A DNA stretch of 22,270 nt. It comes from Clostridia bacterium. Lineage in GTDB: Bacteria > Bacillota > Clostridia > TANB77 > CAG-508. Location of the stretch: positions 1 through 22,270 of the forward strand of contig DAOOQE010000020.1 of the NCBI GenBank assembly GCA_035388585.1, written 5' to 3'. The notes under the pieces were generated by a model. It was given only the letters and a program-made list of their open reading frames with translations, was not told the DNA's origin and ran no database searches. The position numbers and the translations under genes are program-made. Numbering within the stretch: position 1 is the stretch's first letter; the number at the start of each line of letters is the position of its first letter. Positions 1 to 7,035 of this stretch are shown piece after piece.

Positions 1-83
1 TTTTTATAAAACATTAAAAACGGCAAATGGAAAGAGATGACAACTCATTTCTGAACTGCCACCCCAACTATTGACATTGAACC

Positions 84-136
84 GATAAATCTGGTTGCGG
101 GGGTAAGACTCGAACTTACGACCTTCGGGTTATGAG
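84..136 (-). repeat. att-like direct repeat, copy 1: 53 nt containing the 3' half of an initiator-type tRNA-Met(CAT) gene (a fragment, not a functional tRNA)
   Basis: The reverse complement reads TCGTCGGG-CTCATAA-CCCGA-AGGTC-GTAAG-TTCGAGT-CTTAC-CCCCGCA-A-CCA. That gives an anticodon stem with three G:C pairs, a CAT anticodon loop, a T arm, the 3' acceptor strand and CCA. The tRNA-like match spans 92-144. No D arm or 5' acceptor strand follows to the right. The 53 nt GATAAATCTGGTTGCGGGGGTAAGACTCGAACTTACGACCTTCGGGTTATGAG recur exactly at 12529-12581. Confidence 0.8.
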
Positions 137-422
137 CCCGACGAAGCATTTATTTAGCAATATTTCAAAGTGTTATAAAATGCTTTAAATTCTTGCTGCT
201 CTAAGTATATCTTTGTTTTAAAGTATCACAAATTATTTTGTAATATTGGGCATTATTTACCATTTTTCAGATTTCCGCCGTTTTTTCGCCGCTTGAATTT
301 ATGGCAATTTCTTCCATGTTTGATGGATTATGAAAAATATTTCGCCGCTTTTTTTAAGAACTTTTGGTTGCCACTTGGTATACATTTTGTCATACCACAA
401 GTTTACCATTGGTATACCATAC

Positions 423-590
423 TCATTTTATATTTTTAATATTTACTTCTTTAAAATCTAATTCATCTAAAATTATTTCTTCATTTCTATATTTTTCTTT
501 AACTATTCTTTTTGCATCTTCTTCACTAACCGCTTCCACTTTTATTGCTCTTTGTAATGTTTCTTCTATTTCTATCTTAAATTCTTGCAT
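423..590 (-). CDS. DpnD/PcfM-like small protein, 55 aa (below the ORF-track length cutoff)
   Basis: Hand translation of the minus strand gives MQEFKIEIEETLQRAIKVEAVSEEDAKRIVKEKYRNEEIILDELDFKEVNIKNIK*. The ATG is at 590-588 and is preceded by AGAGGTAGAAGT; the TGA is at 425-423. The pattern (F/Y)xIEIxETLxxxVxVEAxSxEEAxxxVxxxYxNxEIxLDxxDF matches my recollection of the DpnD/PcfM family found on Firmicutes mobile elements. Confidence 0.65.
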   Translation of the reverse strand: MQEFKIEIEETLQRAIKVEAVSEEDAKRIVKEKYRNEEIILDELDFKEVNIKNIK

Positions 591-671
591 ACTTCTACCT
601 CTATTCTTTTTAATATTTTGATCCTATTATAGATCAACTTTTTATTAATATCTATTTAATTCATAATTTAC

Positions 672-701
672 TTGACTTTTATCATTATTTAAGTGATTAA
701 T
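672..701 (+). promoter_or_regulatory. Candidate sigma70-type promoter of the backbone operon
   Basis: TTGACT (672-677), an 18-nt spacer, then ATTAAT (696-701) preceded by TG. The same elements are conserved in copy 2 (14065-14094). Confidence 0.4.
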
Positions 702-729
702 AACAACAATTTTTAAGGGGGTGAATTAT

Positions 730-1020
730 ATGAGCTTTAGAGAAGTTCGAGATGATATTTTTAGAGATTGGCTTGATTATCGTGAAGGAACTGAACTTGC
801 TTTTACTAATTCTGAAGATAAAAAACATGTGATACTTTTTGATGAAATTTGTGAAAATATTTTAAATAATGTTTCTGGAAGTAATTATGAATATATTCAA
901 AAACAATTAAATAAACTTGATGATAATTTTATGGATTATGTTGGTTATTGGAATGAAAAGTATTATAGAAATGGTTTCTGTGACGGCTTAGAATTGATAA
1001 TAGGCTGTTTAAATAAATAA
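730..1020 (+). CDS. Hypothetical 96-aa protein of the mobile-element backbone (C-terminal YYRNGFCDGLELIIGCL motif), function unknown
   Basis: ORF-track entry 721..1020. The ATG at 730 lies 7-8 nt after AAGGGGGTG, and the track's GTG at 721 sits inside that SD. The ORF is near-identical to 14123..14413. Confidence 0.75.
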   Translation: MSFREVRDDIFRDWLDYREGTELAFTNSEDKKHVILFDEICENILNNVSGSNYEYIQKQLNKLDDNFMDYVGYWNEKYYRNGFCDGLELIIGCLNK

Positions 1021-1035
1021 GGTGGTGAATTATAT

Positions 1036-1203
1036 ATATATGTTGTTAAAACTGCTTATAATGGCGAACAAATCTATCAAGTTTGTCCTAGCTGTGGCAA
1101 AAAGTTTAATTACTATCCAGCTATTTCTAGAAAAGATAATAAAACTGAAATCTGTCCAGAATGTGGTATGATGGAAGCTTTAGATAATTTCATAAGAGTA
1201 TAA
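1036..1203 (+). pseudogene. 4-Cys zinc-ribbon small protein, copy 1, with its start codon mutated (ATG to ATA); either a pseudogene or non-canonical initiation
   Basis: The frame reads I-Y-VVKTAYNGEQIYQVCPSCGKKFNYYPAISRKDNKTEICPECGMMEALDNFIRV*. Position-by-position alignment with copy 2 (same length, substitutions only) puts ATA at 1036-1038, where copy 2 has its in-frame ATG. The only nearby ATG (1040) is out of frame. The SD AAGGTGGTG is retained. Confidence 0.6.
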
Positions 1204-1207
1204 AAGT

Positions 1208-1245
1208 GACCAGGATTTCTCCTGGTCTTGTTCCTTATTTTTCAA
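1208..1245 (+). terminator. Rho-independent terminator of the backbone operon
   Basis: GACCAGGA (1208-1215), loop TTTC, TCCTGGTC (1220-1227), then T-rich TTGTTCCTTATTTTTC. The equivalent hairpin is found at 14601-14621. Confidence 0.65.
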
Positions 1246-1310
1246 GTTCTAGAAATTTATTTTCAATACTTCCTGTTTTAAGTTAGTTTTGTAAATATTT
1301 TTTCAATAGT

Positions 1311-1946
1311 TTATTTGTTTTCATTTCTACTTATTAATTCTTCTACAACTTTATACACTGCTGTGTAGGGATTACATTCTTCACTATCTAATGCTTGTCC
1401 TCTATCTAATTGATATTTTTCAAGCTTTTTGCTATTTGCTATTGCTTGTCCTGTAAAATCTTTAATAGTTAAATATGTATTATTATTTTTAGCATATCCT
1501 TCTACATGTTTTTTAAACTCATTTTGTAAATCATTATTAGATACAAATGATTTTGTTGTATATCCATAATGTAATAAAAACCATAATTCAAATATTGGAG
1601 TTGAAGTTATAATTTCAACCCCATTTTCCTTGGCTAACTTTTTTGCCTCTTCAATTTGTTTTTGTTTATTTTGATTTACATCTGTGTCAAAAACTGCATA
1701 AACTTTATCGTTTTCATCAATTTCTTCTATATCTAAATTTATATAATTTATTATATCTTGAACTATTCCTTTTGGATCTGTACTATTTCCTTTAGCAAAT
1801 TTTATGATACATTTTTTACTATGAAAATTTTTAAAATATAATTTTTCTGTTTTATTTAATCCTTCACATCCAATTATAACAAATGAATTTTTTTGTCTAT
1901 CTTTTTTATTTCTCTTTCTTTGTTCAAATTTTCTCATTCCTGCCAT
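1311..1946 (-). CDS. RloB-like (Toprim-like) protein, partner of the upstream AAA ATPase; AbiLii/RloB type
   Basis: The ORF contains FVIIGCEG..TEKLYF near the N-terminus, then VFDTD, then STPIFELWFLLHYGY. That last motif matches the RloB hallmark SNPCFE(L/F)W(L/F)LLHF. The ORF overlaps the ATPase gene. The start is either 1946 or the ATG at 1937, which forms an ATGA overlap with the ATPase stop. Confidence 0.75.
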   Translation of the reverse strand: MAGMRKFEQRKRNKKDRQKNSFVIIGCEGLNKTEKLYFKNFHSKKCIIKFAKGNSTDPKGIVQDIINYINLDIEEIDENDKVYAVFDTDVNQNKQKQIEEAKKLAKENGVEIITSTPIFELWFLLHYGYTTKSFVSNNDLQNEFKKHVEGYAKNNNTYLTIKDFTGQAIANSKKLEKYQLDRGQALDSEECNPYTAVYKVVEELISRNENK

Positions 1947-3229
1947 AGATTATTACCTGTTGCTACAAAAGGAATTGCACCATATCTACCATTTAAATAT
2001 CCTTTCTGAATATTCTCTGTTTTTCTTACAGAGAAATCATCTAACGGATATAATTCAGTAGCACCTTTCTTTGGATCTTTTTCTGCAAACCATATCTGAT
2101 CTCTTCTAAATAAATCTAATGATAATAAGTTTGTATCATGTGTATTAAATATAAGCTGTGCATTTGCTTTGTTTATTTCTGCATTATGGAAAAATTTTAT
2201 AATCATTTCTACTAAATTAGGATGTAAACTTCTTTCTATTTCATCTATTACTAATAGTTTTCCTTTTTCAAAAACATCCTTTAATATTGGTGCCATTGCA
2301 AATATTATTTTTGTTCCTGATGATTCATTACCTAAATCTAAGTTATATACTTTTGTATTACCTTCTTCATCTGTAACTTCATGAGACATTGTTATACTTT
2401 TAATTACTGTTGTTTTAGGTACAATTACATTAGATGGAACATTCATATTTTTTAATTGCATTATCATTCTAGCATCCATTTCTGCTTCTTCTATTTCTAT
2501 ATTATAATCTTTAATGATAATGTCAGCTTCTTCTAACAACTTTAATGTAAATTTCTTTAAACTTTCGTTTTCATCATCTTTATTATATGCTTCTATCGAA
2601 TATGGATTAAATTCATTTCCACCAATATAAGTATCAATCATATTTGCAAACCATAAATATGGAGCCCTTGTTTTATCATAATTCCATGTTGTTGCTGTTG
2701 ATAAAAATAATTTATTTTCTAAGTTTTGACTTTTTATTGCATTTAATTTAGCCTCATCTACCTGCAAGAATTTATAATCATTGCAATTTGTTCTTTCAAA
2801 TATTCTTGTTGGTTTTGCAGATAAATACTGATATAAATACTCTTCATAAACTTTCTCTTTATCTGCTTTAAATCCATATACATATTTATTTGAATTTGTA
2901 TAAAAAATAAATTCAAACTCACATGGTTCTTTTTTAGTATTTTCATCAAAAGCAAATGGTTCCATTTGAAGTAGTTTTTCTTCTGGCTGTCTATTATTAG
3001 ATAATCTTATCATCATTATTGCTGCAGAAAACGCTTTTATTAAATTCGTTTTTCCTGAAGCATTTGCACCATATAATGCCGTTGTTTTTAATACTCTTTC
3101 ATTTAATTCATCTATATTTATTATATTATCAAGATTTTCATCACCTATTCCAGCTTCCATACTAAAATCTTGTTTTTCTTTAAATGACTTGAATTTTTTA
3201 ACACTAAATTGAACTAACATTTCTATCAC
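1934..3229 (-). CDS. AAA_15/AAA_21-type ABC-like ATPase (RloA/AbiLi-like)
   Basis: Walker A is LYGANASGKTNL, Walker B is LLVIDEIERSLHP, and the H-loop-like motif is QLIFNTHDTNLL. SD AGAGGTGA sits before the ATG at 3229. Confidence 0.8.
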   Translation of the reverse strand: MIEMLVQFSVKKFKSFKEKQDFSMEAGIGDENLDNIINIDELNERVLKTTALYGANASGKTNLIKAFSAAIMMIRLSNNRQPEEKLLQMEPFAFDENTKKEPCEFEFIFYTNSNKYVYGFKADKEKVYEEYLYQYLSAKPTRIFERTNCNDYKFLQVDEAKLNAIKSQNLENKLFLSTATTWNYDKTRAPYLWFANMIDTYIGGNEFNPYSIEAYNKDDENESLKKFTLKLLEEADIIIKDYNIEIEEAEMDARMIMQLKNMNVPSNVIVPKTTVIKSITMSHEVTDEEGNTKVYNLDLGNESSGTKIIFAMAPILKDVFEKGKLLVIDEIERSLHPNLVEMIIKFFHNAEINKANAQLIFNTHDTNLLSLDLFRRDQIWFAEKDPKKGATELYPLDDFSVRKTENIQKGYLNGRYGAIPFVATGNNLWQE

Positions 3230-3329
3230 CTCTTTATATTATTATACGCTTTTATTCAAAAATTGCAAGTAATTTTAATATTATTTTATTTTTTTTTGCA
3301 TTTTTTATGCAAATTTATTAGAAATATTA

Positions 3330-3358
3330 TTGATTTTTAATATTATTCTTGTTATAAT
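3330..3358 (+). promoter_or_regulatory. Candidate promoter for the small basic protein gene
   Basis: TTGATT (3330-3335), a 17-nt spacer, then an extended -10 TGTTATAAT (TATAAT at 3353-3358). Confidence 0.5.
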
Positions 3359-3430
3359 TATCTTATCATCATATTTCTAGAATGAAATCAAATGAGGAAG
3401 GATTTTTATCCTAGAAAGGTGGTGATATAT

Positions 3431-3577
3431 ATGGCAAGATGTAAAACAACATCTGCAAGGGTTGCTTCAAAAGCTTCAAAGGCTTTAAGAAGTAGTAGCA
3501 CTTCAAAGACTACAAAGTCTATTGCTGGTTCTGCTCTTTCACAGAGACAACCTAATCATACACATAAGAGAAAATAA
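3431..3577 (+). CDS. Small basic Ser/Lys/Ala-rich protein (48 aa), function unknown
   Basis: The ATG at 3431 is preceded by AAAGGTGGTGA. The track start at 3392 has no SD. The product is MARCKTTSARVASKASKALRSSSTSKTTKSIAGSALSQRQPNHTHKRK. A promoter lies upstream and a terminator downstream. Confidence 0.55.
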   Translation: MARCKTTSARVASKASKALRSSSTSKTTKSIAGSALSQRQPNHTHKRK

Positions 3578-3587
3578 TTAAGTGAAA

Positions 3588-3623
3588 AGAGCAGACTCTA
3601 TAAAAAGTCTGCTCTATATTTTT
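3588..3623. terminator. Hairpin terminator between convergent genes (possibly bidirectional)
   Basis: AGAGCAGACT (3588-3597), an 8-nt loop, AGTCTGCTCT (3606-3615), then ATATTTTT. An A-rich run precedes the stem. Confidence 0.7.
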
Positions 3624-3647
3624 ACCACTGTCACATGGGTATATGTC

Positions 3648-5732
3648 TTATTCATCTATCACCTTTTTTAATTCAAATTCATAGTATTTCTTTAACATTT
3701 CTATAAATTCATCTGTATTATCTTTTTTGCAAATACTTCTTATATATAATTCCATGTTATTTACTAAAATTTTTGTATATGAATAATTTTTTTGTATCCA
3801 TTCATGATTTTCTAATACAATTAATTCATGTGAGTACATTTTAAAATTTCTTATTTCTTCTGGTATTTCATTGTACTCATTAATATTATTATAAATTATA
3901 TAATCTTGTACTAATGCTCTAACTAATTTAGCATTATCATAATATACTTCTTTATATAACCATTTTGATTTTCCATTTTTTCCATTTACGTCTTCTGGTG
4001 ATTTTACATTAATATCGCTTTCAGAAATACTCAACATTTTTTCTATTTCTTTTATCAGCATTTCTTTTCTTGCTTTTATTTGATCTATATTCCAAGTAGT
4101 ATTACCTCTATCATAGTCATCGATTATCTTTCTTGTAAATTCAAATGAAGTAATTCCTGTTTTATTATTTCCATCTTCATCCAAGCCTTTATAAATTCTG
4201 ATTTTTTCATCAAAACCACAATTCAAAGCTTCTTCATTTTTTATATCTTGCAATAAAGCCATATTACCTAATCCATTAAGTTCTTGCATTGCATCTTCAT
4301 CATTAATATAATTCCATTCATCTTTTTGCCCAAATGCTCTTGGTAAAATATGATCCATATGTAATTTACCATCTAACGAATAAAATGCTGTATTTGTTTT
4401 TTCTCTATTTTCATATTCTAATGATAACATTAATGGTTTTAAAAATTTTTCATTATATACATCATTTTTTAATGCATCATATGTTTTAGCAATCATCCTT
4501 CTAGAAATAATTAATCTATTTAAGTCTTCTTTTATATCTTCTATACTATTTCCATTTACAATTGATTCTATTAATTTAAATGATGTTTGTTTTATTTGAT
4601 TTAATGTACACCCTGAAATCAAGCAAATATAAAAAAATCTTCTAATTATTTTAAATAATTCTTCTTTTTTTAAATAGTTTACTGCATATGCACTTGTTAG
4701 TGCTGTCATTACATATGCTCTCCATGGTATATATCTTAAGCTTAATATTTCTGCTTCATTTGATTCATATACCTTTTTTAATGAATTTGAAAAACTATGT
4801 AATTCATCTACTAATTCATATATATCTGATTTTGTTATTATTTCTCTTAATTCATCAACAACCTGTTTCTTTGGGTTTGCTTTTAATTTATAGTATTCAT
4901 AAAAAACTATAAAATCATCAATTTTAAATCCATATTGTTTAGACATATCTTCTATGTATTTCCAATTATTATTAAATATTTGTTTCCCTGTTTCATCATC
5001 TTGATCGTACTTTCCAATAATATATGACTTAACTATATCTGACGGTGATAAATCTAATCCTCTATCATTAAGAACTTGGAAAAGCTTAATTGCAAATGAC
5101 TGATTTGTACACTCAATTTTTATAATATTTGTAGAATAAAATATGTAATTAATAAAATTATCTAAATCTTCTGCATTCAATTCTGACAATTTGTTATAAA
5201 AAAATACAGCAGAATTAATATATTTATATTGTGGATCGTCATATTTTAATTCTTTTTTTGTTGGTTCACTCATATCAGAAAATGTATCACAATTAATTAC
5301 AATATCATTAAATAATGAATCATATTTAGGATCTGTTTGTAATTGCAAACGATTTCTTCTTCCTTGAAACATTATACAATTTTGTATTTTTTCTTTGTCA
5401 GCCACAAATATAGCATCATTATCTTTGTTGATTTCTGGAAAATCTTTTAATAATACATTCATAAGTATTATTAGTGTTGTTATTCTCTGTTGTCCATCTA
5501 TTAATTCATAATATCCTTTTCCATCATTTACTACTACAATCGATCCTAAAAAGTAACAGTCATTTCCTTCACTTTTATTTTGATATGCTTCATATAAATC
5601 TTCCCATAATGCATCTAATTGGTCATTTGTCCAACTATATTGTCTTTGATAATTAGGTATTTTATATATTCCATCACAAGAAAAGATTTCACTTATTGTT
5701 TGATTTATTGGTTTAAATGTTTCTATAGCCAT
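3648..5732 (-). CDS. GmrSD-family type IV (modification-dependent) restriction enzyme: N-terminal DUF262, DUF1524 His-Me finger, plus an extra C-terminal region
   Basis: The DUF262 motifs are IPNYQRQYSW and DGQQRITTL. The DUF1524 motif is HMDHILPR...GNMALLQ...N. The likely start is the ATG at 5732, because the track's GTG at 5741 lies inside the SD GAGGTG. Confidence 0.8.
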   Translation of the reverse strand: MAIETFKPINQTISEIFSCDGIYKIPNYQRQYSWTNDQLDALWEDLYEAYQNKSEGNDCYFLGSIVVVNDGKGYYELIDGQQRITTLIILMNVLLKDFPEINKDNDAIFVADKEKIQNCIMFQGRRNRLQLQTDPKYDSLFNDIVINCDTFSDMSEPTKKELKYDDPQYKYINSAVFFYNKLSELNAEDLDNFINYIFYSTNIIKIECTNQSFAIKLFQVLNDRGLDLSPSDIVKSYIIGKYDQDDETGKQIFNNNWKYIEDMSKQYGFKIDDFIVFYEYYKLKANPKKQVVDELREIITKSDIYELVDELHSFSNSLKKVYESNEAEILSLRYIPWRAYVMTALTSAYAVNYLKKEELFKIIRRFFYICLISGCTLNQIKQTSFKLIESIVNGNSIEDIKEDLNRLIISRRMIAKTYDALKNDVYNEKFLKPLMLSLEYENREKTNTAFYSLDGKLHMDHILPRAFGQKDEWNYINDEDAMQELNGLGNMALLQDIKNEEALNCGFDEKIRIYKGLDEDGNNKTGITSFEFTRKIIDDYDRGNTTWNIDQIKARKEMLIKEIEKMLSISESDINVKSPEDVNGKNGKSKWLYKEVYYDNAKLVRALVQDYIIYNNINEYNEIPEEIRNFKMYSHELIVLENHEWIQKNYSYTKILVNNMELYIRSICKKDNTDEFIEMLKKYYEFELKKVIDE

Positions 5733-5951
5733 TTTTTTCACCTCTATTATTTTTAATCTGTTATTTCTCTAATAAATTGATCTAACTTAATGCTTTCTAT
5801 TCAAAAAAATTCACTAACATTTGATATCTTGTTAGGATCGCTTCCCTCATTAGTAACAATCCCTCATTTTACTTTTATTGCAATTGCTATAAAAATGGAT
5901 CACCATTTGAACTTGATTTTTTTCCTTTAACTTAAAAATACTGTTGTATAG

Positions 5952-6458
5952 CTATTTTACACAAGATAGATATTCTTTATATTTTTTTAACATCCTTATT
6001 TTTATAAAATCTTCCATATATTTATAATTTATACTTCCGATATTTGTAACAGGTAATAAAATTTTCTCTCTTTTTATGCTTTCCTGATTTCCCATTTTTC
6101 CATAACAATATTTTGAACATGTCCTTCTTATTATTTGAGAAAAAAAGATACCTGAATATCTATTAATTTGTTCATTATATAACAATAATATTGATGATCC
6201 AGCTCCACCTCTGCCCAAAAAATTAATGTTTTGATAAAAAGAACTTCCATCTACAGGACTTACAGTTATACAATTTCCTTTGTCTAATTCTTTATCTTTT
6301 TCTAATGGTTCACAAAATCTTATTACACCATTATTGACATTTCCAGAAGCAATAAATGGTATTTTTCCATCTTGATACTGTTTTTCTGAACGTGCAATTG
6401 ATCTTCTAACATTGAATATATTACCCACAAAGAATTCTTTCCATTCAACGTCATTCAA
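5952..6458 (-). CDS. Specificity (S) subunit, second target-recognition domain; an out-of-frame continuation of 6472..7035, probably not independently translated
   Basis: It begins (L)NDVEWKEFFVGNIF, the typical TRD entry motif, and ends ILLPV..NYKYMEDFIKI..KKYKEYL, which parallels the C-terminus of the upstream half. It has only a TTG start, no SD and no in-frame ATG until far inside. Confidence 0.7.
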   Translation of the reverse strand: MNDVEWKEFFVGNIFNVRRSIARSEKQYQDGKIPFIASGNVNNGVIRFCEPLEKDKELDKGNCITVSPVDGSSFYQNINFLGRGGAGSSILLLYNEQINRYSGIFFSQIIRRTCSKYCYGKMGNQESIKREKILLPVTNIGSINYKYMEDFIKIRMLKKYKEYLSCVK

Positions 6459-6471
6459 TTCTGAAATTTGC

Positions 6472-7035
6472 TTATAATGCGTTACCCCCCCCTAGTTTTT
6501 CAAGGGTTTCAGTGCAATATTTAATATATTCTTTTCTTTTTCTTAATTCTATTTCTTTAATATATTCTTCCATAAATCTATAATCTGGTTTTTCATTTTC
6601 ATCTATAGGCAGTAAAATACTTTTTCTTGGTAAATCAGTACTTGATAATTGATTTCCATATGAGCTGTCTCTTGTATTGTTATTAATTGCTGTAATTAAA
6701 AACAATGCCAAATTTTCACTTAATTCTCTATCAATTAGTTTTAATGCATGTACCTTCATATCCAATGTTGCCTTTCCTTTTTGATAGAATGAATTCCCTA
6801 AAAAGTTAACACTTATAAAATTTGAGAATTCTCTTTTATTTTTATCATTGGTATCCCTGTAGCCATCTACTCCATTATTTTGTGATGTGACTGTTATTCT
6901 TGGCGTTTTTCCTTCATTTAAATTTGCTTTGTTGATATACGCACCTGTAGGAACCTGAGTGCCATCGTTATCCTTAGTTTCAAAAATTTCGCCTATTTTA
7001 AATTCTTTCCACTTCTTTTCGCTAAGACTATTCAT
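6472..7035 (-). CDS. Specificity (S) subunit, first target-recognition domain, truncated just after a G8 tract
   Basis: The sequence is MNSLSEKKWKEFKIGEIFE... and ends SILLPIDENEKPDYRFMEEYIKEIELRKRKEYIKYCTETLEKLGGGNAL*. The ATG at 7035 overlaps the methyltransferase stop by 8 nt. The track start at 7056 is a TTG. Confidence 0.75.
   Translation of the reverse strand: MNSLSEKKWKEFKIGEIFETKDNDGTQVPTGAYINKANLNEGKTPRITVTSQNNGVDGYRDTNDKNKREFSNFISVNFLGNSFYQKGKATLDMKVHALKLIDRELSENLALFLITAINNNTRDSSYGNQLSSTDLPRKSILLPIDENEKPDYRFMEEYIKEIELRKRKEYIKYCTETLEKLGGGNAL
6485..6492 (-). repeat. Homopolymer C8 (G8 on the coding strand) at the junction of the two S-subunit halves
   Basis: Counted directly: gttaCCCCCCCCtag. 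This is the longest G/C run in a very AT-rich window, and it sits 10 nt upstream of the S-half-1 stop. Confidence 0.95.

Larger units (their letters stand above)
644..1229 (+). repeat. Conserved island backbone module, copy 1 (promoter + 96-aa gene + zinc-ribbon gene + terminator); duplicated at 14036-14623
   Basis: Direct alignment by eye with 14036-14623. The 96-aa gene differs at 3 of 300 nt. The zinc-ribbon gene differs at about 1 nt in 10, and the promoter region somewhat more. Similarity stops right after the terminator hairpin. Confidence 0.9.

Noticed and set aside
84-160. A complete tRNA-Met gene
   Set aside because: Only the 3' portion from the anticodon stem onward is present. The sequence to the right (GAAGCATTTATTTAGC...) cannot form a D arm, and the 5' acceptor strand (complement CCCCGCA) is absent. 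The same is true at 12537-12600.
364-621. ORF-track entry, 85 aa, plus strand
   Set aside because: The product is low-complexity, Leu/Phe/Ser-rich and has no SD. It lies antisense to a much more convincing 55-aa DpnD/PcfM-like gene (423..590, minus) with a proper SD and ATG.
1031-1041. (TA)5 tract as a slippage-based phase-variation site for the zinc-ribbon gene
   Set aside because: Copy 2 has exactly the same length in this region. The difference between the copies is base substitutions, not repeat-unit number.
3296-3312. Palindrome TTGCAT-N5-ATGCAA in the divergent promoter region between the ATPase operon and the small basic protein gene
   Set aside because: The arms are only 6 bp, the spacer is a poly-T run, and the surrounding DNA is extremely AT-rich. 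That is too weak to call an operator without conservation data.
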